Part shown: positions 27,226 to 39,639 of the stretch, piece after piece | How positions within the stretch are numbered: the stretch's first letter is position 1 | Layout of the letters: each line of letters begins with the position of its first letter | From: Vicugna vicugna | Lineage: Eukaryota | DNA: 64,000 nt | Direction of reading: 5' to 3' | NCBI GenBank assembly: GCA_013265495.1 | Contig: MU058463.1 | Location: 1-64,000, forward strand | Position numbers and translations under genes: made by a program | The notes under the pieces: model-generated | What the model saw: the letters and a program-made list of their open reading frames with translations, nothing else | Databases searched by the model: none | Told to the model about the DNA's origin: nothing

Positions 27226-28834
27226 TTGAGAGAACTGGGTTTCTAAGGTGCTTGAAATAAGCAGAGATGTCATGCATGATGGGAATAATGTAGTTATCCT
27301 CTAAGAAAAGCACTGTAATACATTCCAATTATGAAATTGGGAACATGGCCTCAGGTGAACGGCTGTCTGGAACTATTTTTGATAGAATGGTTAAAAAGAG
27401 CATATATGTGTGTTTGTCTGTGTATAACATGTGTAATTTTCTGCATGTTTGGACAAATTGCTAACCTCTCGGCTCTAACAAGTAATGTGACAGAACCAGA
27501 GAAATATGAAGATCAAAATTCTACTGATTTAATTTTCTTTTAAAAATTTTTAAAAATTCCTTTTAAATTTTAAAAGGACAATTAACTAGCATTCCATCTC
27601 TTTCCTTATATAAACTGAGCAAGGAAAGATTATAAAAAATCCTATCTGAAAATTAATCATTAAGAGCTGTAATTGCAAAAAGGCTTAAATATTAACAAAT
27701 TTGATAAAATATTAATGAATCAGATTCAAAAGGCACACAGGTTAAGATTAGAGGTCATACAAGCCAATTAACTAATTAAGAAATATCACTGTAGAATAAA
27801 TTATATAATGTGCCAAATGTTTTTAATGTCAAAATGATCCAACACAGGAAGATTATGAGTTGGATTCTAAATATGAATTATCATCTTTATATATCTTTAT
27901 AATAAAAAAGTAGGAGGAAAATTGGTTTACCTTTTTTAATAGAAAGGATATTCAATTTGAAGGGAATTCAGAGATTTTTAAAAAGAAACAAGAATTAGGA
28001 CATATTGAGAAAAGGACAAAGTTTCTAAGTCAAATATGTTCAGAAAAATAATTTAAAAATTAAGTTCATTGAGGCAGAAATATATCTTCCCTTCCTTCCT
28101 TTCTCCATGCTCCTTTTTAGAATATAAATTTAGGGCTTTTATTTATATATTCAGCTTTATTTTCTGAGATTTATACCCCATACCCATAGCACATTCAAGA
28201 GTTACCAGACCCTTCCAATTTTAATCCAAAAACAAAATTTATAAAATCAAATTTGTGTTTTCATTGCATTATTTTTATGCTCCTGAAAAAAAGATGAATT
28301 AGACATTGGGAATACAACATATATATATATTTAACGGTTAAATAAAATAGTGAACAAATTTCAATTTGATTTTTAAAATATGGTTGCTTTATATCTACAA
28401 CTATTAGTTTAACAGTACCCTTTTTCCTTCAATAATTCACATGATTCTTTCAAATTATGGGGGTTCAAATTAGTGTTCCTCCAATTCCACTTTATAGGTT
28501 TGGATAATTCCTCAAGGAATTAACATGAATTTTTTATCGAGTAGTCTATAATATTTTACAGATAATTTATTATTGAGAAGTTTCAAAGATGTTTAAATTT
28601 TTATTTCTACAGGTTTTGCACATTTGTCCGTATGTTTTGTATGCTGATTCAGTTACAAATTGCTCATTTATAGTTATTTGCCTTTTTTATTTTTCAGCAT
28701 TAGCCATGCATGCCTGGATACAGATCAAACACTTTCCAGTTAATGATGATTATGTCAATTATTCAGCTGCAGATACTTAAACACCACCACATCAGTAGAC
28801 TCATTCAGCCACATATAGTTACATCAGATACAAT

Positions 28835-29380
28835 TGTAAAGAGCAAAAATTACTTAAAACCAACCAAAAAGTAGCTTACCCAATAAAATGGTCATTCTCT
28901 CAAATGACAAGTTATATGGAAATAGGGTCACTTCAAGGTGGGATAATTTAGAAGCACATCAACATCTCTGGAACTCATTTTGTCATCATTTTGCTGTGCA
29001 ATTCTCAGCATGTTGATAGAAGCTGTTTTGCATATTGTAGCAAATTCATTATGGGCATAAACAGTAGAAATATCCAAGAGAGAAAAGAGGGATATTCCTG
29101 GTGCAACACTTTGTATTAGCAAAGAAATAAATAATTTTCTAGAAACTTCCCCAAAGACTTCCATATCTTATTAGCTAGAATTGGGTCACTTCTGCTGGAA
29201 CAAACAGAATGGAGAGGGAGTAAGATAGTCACTGTTGTTCTGAACATACTCATTTTGCACCCTTGAAGCTAGAGAGGGTCTCATTCCTTGAACACATTGC
29301 CATTGATAATGAACTTTCAAACAAAATTGGAGCTATGTCATCAAAGAGAGAATGGAGCTATAGAATAGGAAACAACCATA
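28835..29380 (-). mobile_element. MLT1K/J-like MaLR LTR
   Basis: 'ccccaaagacttcc...tattagctagaattgggtcac...aacaaaattggagctatg'. Confidence 0.6.
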
Positions 29381-30527
29381 CTGGATCATTAAAAAATATA
29401 TATTTTATGTATATAGTTTCAAAGATCACTATTTTGGTTTGTGTGATCTAACTCAGTTTGGCAATATGCCAGTTAGCCTGCATTTTACAATCCAGGAAAC
29501 ATTTTCCAATTACTCTTCCTGGAAGTTCAGTGTAATATTTGTTGCCCAATTTTTCACATCTTTATGCCTATTCAGTTCTAAATTAATGTAAATGGTGTAG
29601 TCTCCATTGTTTTTAACAAACTTAGGTAAAGTAAGGTAAGATAAGTTACATAAGGTAAGGTAAGAATGTGATCATAGTCACATTCACTTCTTAGCCATGC
29701 ATGTTTGAAAAGTTCAAAAAGTGAAGTGTCTTCTGCAAAGGAGGAGAGAGACTTGTTGAAGTTACCTCACAACGTGAGGCAGAAAATGAATAGAAAACCT
29801 ACTTTATTTTCATCATCATCAAGTACCATTTGTGATCAAGCAGGTGAGAGAAATTATTGGTGTGAAGAAGAATGATGCATAAGAAATTTTTTGTCTTAAA
29901 AAAGCACTCACTGTAGAAATGTAGACAAGTTGATATCAGTCAGATCTGTCACTTCCCTTTCTTCCCTTTAGTGAAGAATGTGTGAGTGAGCAGTACTAAA
30001 AAACAAAACAAAACACAGGGTATTGTTCCATCCTGGGTAGTGAAGTGGAAGGTCTTTATGTGACCATGAGAACAATGTCGTATGATTCATCATTATAAAC
30101 GGTCTTAGTTTTGAGTTGTGAATAACCAACTACTTGAAATTAATTTCATCTTGCTTCTAATGTATCCTCAATCTTGCCACCTGTTCCTCTATTTTTCTCT
30201 TCAACTTATGATTACTTTTTATAAAGTGTTACTGAACTATAATTTAAAGTAAAATTTTATATGTTTTGACATATGTAAAAAAATGTAAAATTAGCTCCAC
30301 AATCAAGGTAACGCATATGTACGTTATTCTTCAAAACTAGGATTTATGTTATTCTCTCCAGTTTTCTTATCTCAACAATGCCATTTGCTCTCTACTCTAA
30401 ATATAGCCCATCACTCATTAATGTTAAATGTTTTTTCAAGCTTTATTGAGTCCCAGAACTCTTCTGCAAGGGATATCAACCCAGTATGCAGCAGTCATTC
30501 ATTCACTAAGTATGTATTAAACAAAGA

Positions 30528-31086
30528 CAAGTGATTCTTGTTATTTGCAGAAGTTATATTCTATAAAATTATCATGGACACTGAATTAGTGAATACTGAA
30601 CTATTGCTCCTGGGAATATGTACATATATGTATATATGCACATTTCATGTAGATTATAATATTAAATCATAAAAACAACTCATCCTTGTAGAGTCTATTT
30701 TCTCTATCTTAAAACAGAGAAATAAAGTTCAGAAGTAAGTGACTTGCCAGAGACCATCCCACTAACAAGGGCCAGAGTTGTTGTTCAATCCCAGTCCAGC
30801 TGCTCAAGAGCCAAAACTTCTCTGCACTAACTGTGCTACACTGTCCTGGACCATCTCCATGTTTTGGTCATCTGTATATTAAAGCTGAAATAAGAAGACA
30901 GAGCTTGATCTTGTTTGATCTCAGCTGGGAACATGGGAATCAAGTGATGCAAATTTTTTGTCCTCTGTTTGTGTCTGCAAATGACTACCAAAGTACAATG
31001 AATATTGATTTGGGGGCCATAAATAAATATTATAATGAGCATGCAAATACCCAAATATAGACTTTATAAATAATAAGGATAGATTA
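30528..31086. mobile_element. MER82-ended Tigger-class element with internal MIR-like segment
   Basis: Left 'gattcttgttatttgcagaagttatattctataaa...cactgaattagtgaatactgaac' and right 'agctgaaataagaag...ctcagctgggaac...aataataaggatagatta' match MER82 ends; 30690-30830 is MIR-like. Confidence 0.75.
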
Positions 31087-31689
31087 TATTTATTAGGAGG
31101 TCTGTTGCATGGCCTTAAAAAAAACAGCCATGTTTCAAAGGAAATAACCATAACCCATAGCATCAGTACTCTTTAGATACATCTGTTCTTTTGCTTTTTA
31201 TCTCCAGGATGATTACATGGAATCCCTTAGTGTATTCCAGCTACCCATATTGAACATAAATTTGTCACACGCCTTTACATGTTGTGACTGACTTTACTGA
31301 GACCAGATCCATTGTTAAGCATGGCCTCTAGCCTGGCTCCCGTCAGTGCCCACTATCATAACTACAGATTAAATGGATTATGCAGGGTGTTGATGCTGAT
31401 GATGGTGATGATGATGATGACATTATTTTTAAAGTTCAGCAATTACATATTCATTACCTCCTAAAATAGAAGCAAATGTCTCAGAAGTGATTTTTTTAAA
31501 TTAGGAAATGTTTTGACATTAAACTAATTATACGTGGCCACATGCAAATTAATAGATACTTTTTCAGTCAACATTTTTATTGAATCCTACAAAGCAAAAA
31601 TAAACAGATCTAATGAGTCTATGTCATCATACTGATGGAAATTTTGCTATAGATTTCAAATCTAACTTTTATCTGTAAGATAGAACAGT

Positions 31690-32342
31690 TACTCACTTAT
31701 ATGAAAGTGTGCTTTTATATAAATCAATCTAATCACTGATATGGAATCTCCTTATAGAAGCAGAGAGTAGAGTGGTACTTCCTAGGGATTAGGAGAGGAG
31801 GGGAAATGGGGGGGCATTAGTCAAAGGGTGCAAAGTTTCAGTTACGTGAAGTGAGTAAGTCCTAGAAATCTATTGTACAGTAGAGTGTCTGTCGTTATTA
31901 ACACTATATTGTTTAAATTTTGCTACAGAATAAATCTTCCATTAAATGTTCTCATCTTCCTCTGAAGCTTAATATAGTAGTCCCTCAGTATCCATGGATA
32001 ATTGGTTCCAGGAATCTGTACTGATACCAAAATCTACAGATGCTCAAGGCCATTTCATAAAGCTGAGTAATACAATGAATACAGTTGCCCCTTTTTATCT
32101 ATGGTTTTTGCATCCCTTGTATTCAATCATTGTGGATCAAATTTTATTACAGTTGGCTGGCAGAAATGGAGAGTGACCGTAATAAATAAGAGAGGTAGGG
32201 AGGAAACTGTTGGGTGGGATGGATATGTTTATGACATAGATTGTGTGATAAGATCATAGAGTTCCAAACACATTAAGTTGTATGCATTAAATATACTCAG
32301 CTTTTGTATGTCAATTATTGCTCAATAAAACAGTTTAAAAAT
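31690..32342 (+). mobile_element. L1MA10/L1MB-like 3' UTR
   Basis: 'tagaagcagagagtagagtggt...caaagtttcagtta...tgtatgtcaattattgctcaataaa'. Confidence 0.8.
31976..32180. mobile_element. MER2/Tigger2-like DNA transposon inserted in the L1
   Basis: 'gtccctcagtatccatgg...ttggttccagga...gataccaaaatctacagatgctcaag'. Confidence 0.75.
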
Positions 32343-33129
32343 AATATGTCTAAGTGATATTTTTTTAAAACATTATTAATTATATGAAGAAAACTTTTTT
32401 AAGTGAATGAGAATTAAAGCAAGGAGTAAGTTCATTTCACTTTTATATGTTAACTCCAAGAGTATTTTAAAATGAATTATAATTTAAAATTAAACATTTA
32501 ATATTTATATACAGCATAATCCTCATTTTTTTACCCAAATGATTATAGAATGTAGGACATTCAGTTTTCCAAATAGTCACTAAAATACTACAATGGAACT
32601 TTCAAAGAAAACTGAACTCTAATATAAGCTAATCATAGCAATGTATATGTGAAAGGTTGTCTATTATTTATTATTTATAGTAATGTAGGTTTTATTTAGC
32701 AACAGAATTCTGTACATAGCACACCTCCCACATGCATAACAAAATGAATATATATCAGCTTGTAATGAGAGTTTCTAACAACAACAAAAAATATAGATGT
32801 TTAACCTACATGTGATATCAACTAAACACCCAATCAAATATACACAATTTTGCTTGTGGCAGCTTTTGTTTCTTCACTGAGTGGTAACTTCAATAGCATC
32901 TGCATTATAAAAATCCATGAAAATTGATTTGTCACATTAAAGAAAGCAAATTATGTACATTATTCCAAGCCTAGTACTTGATATCATAATTAAGACAGTA
33001 TTGTATAATTAATGCCATAGATACATTTTTAAGTTTATGAATGTGTGACTGAATCAATCTAGTCCTAAAACAGAAATTGTGACCTGTATGTGGCTTATTC
33101 CCAATTTTAACCTCTAATGTGCCACTTTA

Positions 33130-33580
33130 ACACATATGACATAGACCTTCCTTCTATTCCTAGACTGTGCCAAGTTGTTTTTTGTTTTTTTCTAATTCAA
33201 ACATTCATACATTCTGTTCCTTCTGCCACAAAAGCCCTTCTTCCTCCCTTACCCTTCCCACACTCCTGGGCCACTCCTAAACCACTATTCGTATCTGACC
33301 ACTCATACCAGATGAGATCCTCTGGCTTTTAAGTGCATACCTAATAGTTTAATTATTTCAGGAAGCCTGTCCTGCCTTCTTAAACTAGAATACTTCATGG
33401 GTGCTATAGTCTTTGTCTGTATCATTCACCATTATTTGTGACACTTAATTGCAGATATATTGGAAATAATAATTATTGTAAAGGAATTGATTCAATTATT
33501 GACACTAAAATATTTAATGCAGTCTTCCTTGAACAAAATATCAGGGAAGTTAGAGTTTTCTTTGTACACTGATTCATTCC
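33130..33580 (+). mobile_element. L2 3' fragments
   Basis: 'ctgttccttctgcc', 'caggaagcctgtcctg' decayed L2 motifs. Confidence 0.5.
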
Positions 33581-33653
33581 TTTAACACTTCATTTTATCA
33601 TGTCCATTTATCATTGTCAATAAGAATACAGTGGTAAATAGATAATGTGGATT

Positions 33654-33989
33654 ACGGTCCAGATAGGAAAATACAAGTTCCAAGACCCCCAGCGGATGCC
33701 TGAAACTGAGGATAGTACCAAACCCTATTATACACTGTGCTTTTTTCCTGTGCTAATAGGCAGATAGCATATGCAGCATGGATATACAGGACAAAGGGAT
33801 GATTCCTGTTCCAGGCAGGATGGAGCAGAGGAGCTAGAGATTTGATCAAGCTACTCAGAAAGGAGCTCAATTAGAAAGTTATAAATTGTTTATTTCTGGA
33901 ATTTTTCATTCAGTATTGTCTGACCATGTTTGAATATGGGTAACTGAAACTATGTAAAGCAATATTGTGGGTAGAGAGGGATTACTGTA
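33654..33989. mobile_element. MER44A-like (Tigger7 family) MITE
   Basis: 'ttccaagacccccagcggatgcctgaaac...ggacaaagggatgatt...aattgtttatttctggaattttt...gggattactgta'. Confidence 0.85.
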
Positions 33990-34713
33990 GACAAAAAAAA
34001 TTATTAAAAATATTCCTTCAAGATACATTATGATAAAATTTACCACAATGACATTTAAACAGTAAATTTGTATTAGTTGCATGATATCACAACTGAACTA
34101 GTAATTTTAGTTTCTTAAAGGGAGAGAATATATCTTATCATCAATGGCAGTGGTCCCAAGCCTGGAATTTTAAGAGCCAGAAATATTTTTTAAATGACTA
34201 AGTGTAAAATGATAACAATTTTGTTTTACTAAGGAAGGAATAAGATAAACAATATGCTTATTGTATATAGCTGTAAATGGTAGTGTGTGTGTGTAAACTT
34301 TATCTCAGAAAAATACTATAAAATATATAAGTATACATATGCATATATATTTATCTGAATTCATAATTTGTCAGTGATGTAGCATGTTTATTCTCAACAT
34401 AAGCAAATCAAAAGGAAATACCATTTTTGCCTGGATTCTAATGATTGTTTTTTTATTCATTGGTCTGAATGAGACAAATGTATCATTTGAAATACAATTA
34501 TACGTGTGTGAGAGATACAGAGTGTACACTTCAGCTCCTCACAGTGGACTCCTGATATAACTTTCTTCACCATAGATTAACTGTTAAAATATTCCTTTAG
34601 AAAAAAAGTTTTTTTAATTCTAGTTCAGAAAAATAAATAATAAGGCAAATTATTCATCCTGTCTTTTTATCTAAATTCATGATATGGTCACTAGGGATAG
34701 TAGAGGACATGTG

Positions 34714-34716
<3 letters not shown>

Positions 34717-34748
<32 letters not shown>
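34717..34748. repeat. (CA)n microsatellite
   Basis: Seen directly. Confidence 0.95.
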
Positions 34749-34750
<2 letters not shown>

Positions 34751-35393
34751 TTGGTACACCCACCAGATCATTTGGTAAATTTTGAAAGTCATTTTCCTTT
34801 CTGTTTCTTGGGGGGTATTGGTGATTCACAGTTTAATTTCCAGTACTAAACGCTACATTGTTCTGATACCATTCTAGCTATTAATATGGTTGATATTACA
34901 CTTACATTAGGTTTATCTAACCACTGTTCATCTGAGCAATACTGGTCTTGTTGAGAGGGTGATGAGACTGAGACCATCATATTTTACCGGCTAATGATGG
35001 AATTATATCTTTAGAAATAAAACAAACCCTATCTGTATTTATTCTATATGGTTTGAAACTTTTCTGCTATTTTGCTCTGTTGCCACATATAAGGAATTTA
35101 ATTCAACATTCTGTGTATAATTTTATAAATAAATATAAAATTTATAAACATAATATTTTTGTACAAGCTCTAAAGACCAACCAAATGTGTGTTATCTCCT
35201 TTTTAATGAAAACTGGTAAACACAACCTCTTTTGACATAATTTTTGAAAGCCTTGTTCTTAAAACATTGATTGCTAATAATCAGCTGGGTTAGCAATTGT
35301 CCTACGAAATTAAACCTCTTTTTGACATATAAATTGGAGACAAATTATTCTAAACTAGTCTAAAATATAACTGTTTAAATAAAAAATAGTAAC

Positions 35394-35520
35394 TGCTATA
35401 GACTGAATGTTTTTGTTCCCCTAAAATTAATATGTAGAAGCCCTAATCTCCATTTTGAGGTTGGGATTTTTCAAGGTAATCAGGGTTAGATTAGGTCATG
35501 AGAGTAAGGCCTTCATGACT
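35394..35520 (+). mobile_element. MLT1A-like LTR 5' fragment
   Basis: 'tgctatagactgaatgtt...gaagccctaatc...ggttagattaggtcatgag'. Confidence 0.75.
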
Positions 35521-37583
35521 GCTAGTAATAGTGCTTTAGATGATTATACTATATGTAGAACTGAAATGAATGGCCAACACATCATAAGGGATGGATGAGA
35601 GGCACTGGAATACTCTACTATAATGTACGTGTACAATACATGAAGCAATATAGTATTATTTGAATGTGGTTTTAGAATCGTTAAAATTATATGCTGGAAA
35701 CCCTAAGGCAATCATCAAAATTTTTTATTGGAACATAATTGACATGTTAATGGAGGAGATAGAATTGAATCATAAAAAAAATGATCAATTAAAACCAGGC
35801 AAAGCAGGAATCATAAAAAAAATGATCAATTAAAACCAGGCAAAGCAGGAAAATGGTAGCAGTAGAGAAGAAAAAAATTAAACCTCTATAAAATAGTTAT
35901 AAACATGGCAGATACTAATCCAGCTACATGAATAACCTCTTCAAATGGTAATGAAGTAAATTATCCAACTAGAAAACAGCTTATCAGAAAGGGTAAAACA
36001 TATCTAATTATATTTTCTAACAGAAATTCACATTAAAGACAAAAATAGATTAAAAGTAAATGAATAGAGAAATATATACCATTCTCACACTAATCAAAAG
36101 AAAACTAGAGTAGTTATATTACTTCAGACAAGCCAGATTCAGAGCAAGGAAAATTATCAGAGACAAAGAGAGATACTACGTGAAGATAAATACATCAATC
36201 CTCAAACAAACAAACAAAACCGTGAAATGTATAGCAACTAACAAAAAACTATCAAAAAGCTTGAGTCAAAGACTGATAAAACTGGAAGGAGAAATTAAAA
36301 AAAAAATTCTACTATTATAGTTAGGGACTTTAATACTCTTTTTTCAGTAAGTGACAATCAAGCAGGGAGAAAATCAATAAACATATAGTTGCCCCAAACA
36401 GCACTGTCAATAAAATTGATCTACATGACATATGAGGAGTATTACAATCACCAACCAACAGATGATAGATTCTTCTCAAGGTAAAATGGAACATTCACCA
36501 AGTTAAACCAGATTCTAAGATATAAAACAGAACATAAAAAGAATAGAGATCATACAACATATATTCTCAGATCATAATGGAATTAAAGTAGAAAGCAATA
36601 CCAGAAAGACAGCTGGGAAAATTGCCAAATATTCAAAAATGACACAGCAAATATCCAAATAACACATTGGTAATTTAGAACCAATTTAAGTTATTAAAAA
36701 GTTCAAAAGAAGTGGACCAAGATATTATTATATTAAGTGAATTAAGTCAGCAAGAGAAAGACAAATATCATATGATTATCACTTATATGTGGAATCTAAA
36801 TAAAGTGATACAAATCTTATTTACAAACCCCAAATAGACTCACAAACACAGAAAACAAACTATGATTACCAAAGGGGAAAGGGTGGGGGAGGGATAAATT
36901 AGGAATTTAGGATTAACAAATACACATTACTATACATAAAATAGATAAACAACCAGGACTTACTGTACAGCACAGGAAACTGTAATCAATTCTTTATAGT
37001 AATATATAATGGAAAAGAATCTGAAAAATATATATTTGCACATATAATTGATTTGCTTTGCTGTACACCTGAAACTAACATTGTTAATCAACTACACTTC
37101 AATAAAAAACAAAATTTAAGAAAAGTCCAAGAAGAATTTAAAATATTTTGAACTAAATAAAAATTAATATAAACTTAGTCAAATTTGTTGGATCCTATGA
37201 CACCTTTTCTGAGGCTAAAATTTATAACCTAAGTGCATATGTTTTAAAAGAAGAAATTTCTAAAATCAATAACCTAAGCTTTTACCTTAGGAAACCAGAG
37301 AAAGAACAATTTAGGTCTAAAACAAACAGAAGGAAAATAATCAATGAAATCGAAAACAAAAGACAATAAAGAAAAATAATGAGCTCAAATGCTTGTTTTT
37401 TTTTTAAGATCAACAACATAATAAAACTATATACATTAATCAAGAAAAATAAGGAAGAAGCACATTACCAGTATAAAAAGTGACAGCAAGTTCATTAGTG
37501 ATGATCTCATGGGCATTAAATGGATAATGAATACTATAAATGACTCTCTACGGATTTGATAACTTAGATGAATAGAACCAATT
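35520..37583 (+). mobile_element. Old L1 (inter-ORF region and ORF2 endonuclease domain)
   Basis: 'acactaatcaaaagaaaactagagtagttatatt...tcagacaag', 'tagttagggactttaatac', 'tctcagatcataatggaattaaa', ends 'gataacttagatgaatagaaccaatt'. Confidence 0.85.
36712..37115 (+). mobile_element. Cetartiodactyl L1 3' end nested in the older L1
   Basis: 'agactcacaaacacagaaaacaaactatgattaccaaagggg...tactgtacagcacagg...tgctgtacacctgaaactaaca'. Confidence 0.9.
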
Positions 37584-38940
37584 AAGCCAAGGGTAGACAA
37601 TTAATATAAGCAAAATGGGGCAGATAAAGATGAACAAAATGATATTCTGGTAAATGTCCGATTCTTCAAACCTGAATCATACTGGCTGGGCCAGGATGCT
37701 AGTCAACTTGCCACACATGTTTTGAAAGTCCTGAATGGATTTGTGATCGCTTGCCTGAGTTAGCCAAAAGAAGTCGGTTAATTAGAGGCAATAAAATTCA
37801 AATTCTGCGAAGATGATTAAAAAATTCCAAGTTAATAGAATCACATACCAGGTCTTCAAAGCATCAGAGAAAGAGAGATATGCCAAAGTAGAAACAAATT
37901 TGAGTAAGAAGAAATATCAAGAACCAGTTTGTGTTGGTTGTGTAGCTAGAGTTATTATATGTAGTCAGATAAAGTTGTCTTACAGAACCTGGGTGATGGT
38001 AGATCAAAACAGACCCAGAATCACATGCCACAAGGAAGTTTAGTTTGCAGAAAACATGGTGATCTGATGGAGAAACTGCTGCGATGTATTTTGGATGGGA
38101 TAACTGATTCTGAAGTGATTCAAATGGAATACAGATGAGGAAATGCTCACAATCAGTCTATTTGCACCTTAAAAGTTCGAGAGGAGGCAGCAAACTAGAG
38201 TAAAGCAGAGCCATTACTTCAGTTAAATTAATTCAACAGGCAAGTTAACAAGACAAGCTCTCAGCCACATAGGGATAAGCAGAAAATCAGTTATCCAAAC
38301 TCATACACAAAATCCAACCCAGGTTACTAAAGTGAAGGAAAAATACTGCAAACCATTTCAGTGAACAAAGAATGCTGAAACCATCAAGTTATCAGCCACT
38401 GCCGCCACCCCCCAGTGAAGACAGGCCTGCAGCCCAGCCTCTGCAGCCACTCACAATGGTGCATCCTGAAGGGAATCAGAATAAGAAAGGACAGGATACT
38501 GGCCCTAGAGAGCTAGGTGCTTGTCAAAGGAATGAATTCAATGAGCCAATGTTTGCTTCCTCCCATACACAGAAAAGCACTAAATTCTTTAACTTGAGAT
38601 GCCTGGTTTTCTTTAGATAACAAGCAATCTTTTATTGTTCCAACTACCTGGTCTTTGTTGTAAAGCTCCTATATATCTAGCTCCTCCTCTGCCTCTTCGG
38701 AGCAATCCCTCAGAGCGATCTGAGGGGCTGTCATCCTGGCTGGAGTCCTCCTGCCAAATAAAACATCACTCTCAACTTTTAGGCTGTGCATTTATTTCAG
38801 TCGACACTAACAAAATTGTGTGGTGGCAAGTAACACAGAGTGATAAGTTAAATTTCCTTAAATTCCCCCATAGCCAGTGTAAAACTGTCTTCTAAAGACA
38901 AAGATGGAATTTAAACTACAAACTGGACTCAATGAGTTAT
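37584..38940 (+). mobile_element. Putative degenerate Ty3/Gypsy gag relic (MamGyp-int-like), split by an LTR
   Basis: Ordered peptide remnants FFKPESYW, GFVIA/ELAKRS, VRRNI, FAEN/HGDLMEKLLRCILDGITDSEV, then CGGK*H after the LTR; judged by eye against Gypsy gag. Confidence 0.55.
38331..38806 (+). mobile_element. MER41-like ERV1 solo LTR (cetartiodactyl type)
   Basis: 'caggatactggccctaga', TATA 'cctatata', AATAAA, end 'tttcagtcgaca'; 4-bp TSD CTAA at 38327-38330 and 38807-38810. Confidence 0.9.
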
Positions 38941-39639
38941 AGCCCTGTGAAAAAGTAAACTGTAGAAACTGGAAAATTCCTCAAATATGAAAATAATCCT
39001 GCATTTATTTCATATACTTTTATTCTAATGTTTTTAAGTGTGATATTATGCACTCTACATTAAAGCCTTGTGGCAGAATTTGGAAATAAATAACTAAATA
39101 AAGATGCTGTCATTATACTGTATTTATCTTTACAGGCAAATAAAATAATACATGTGATGAAGTAATACAAATTATATTCTACTTATGTAGGACATTTCAA
39201 ATTCCCACTTTACCTGTTCTTATAATCTTAACTCTGCATATTAAGACACAATATTCAGGTTTCAAATCGACTGGACTGTCGCCTGGGAGCACGGGAGGGG
39301 AGGTCAGGAGGATCCTTTCGGCAGGGCCTGGTTGAATCACTTCATTCAAATGCAGAAAGCTCTCTGCTCAGGCCAGAGCCTTTGACTTGGCCTCCAGCTC
39401 TTCTCCATTGAATGGCTTTTGTTTCTTGGTTTCAATTTCCCCACCCTTAGGCCACCCCTTCCCAACTGCAGGGAGGGAGGGGGGGAGGAGGGTGAGAAAC
39501 TCGCCTTGTCTCAGGCAAAAGGAGTCCGCTCCTTTTCCTAACCCGGGAAACTCCACTAAACCATTTGAGAATCATGGAGGGACAAGGAAGCAGACCTCTG
39601 ACCTGATAAATTCCTCTGAGATTGGAGACTTTTTTTGTT

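Noticed and set aside
28680..28800. Possible exon after a polypyrimidine-AG acceptor
   Set aside because: No convincing donor or recognisable peptide; such acceptors are frequent by chance.
35767..35851. CRISPR-like repeat array (also considered 60314-60375)
   Set aside because: Only two copies, no unique spacers, no cas genes, mammalian context.
37584..38330. Endogenous bornavirus or other non-retroviral viral element, or processed pseudogene
   Set aside because: No motif I recognise from those proteins and no poly(A) or TSD; Gypsy gag fits better, though a search is still needed.
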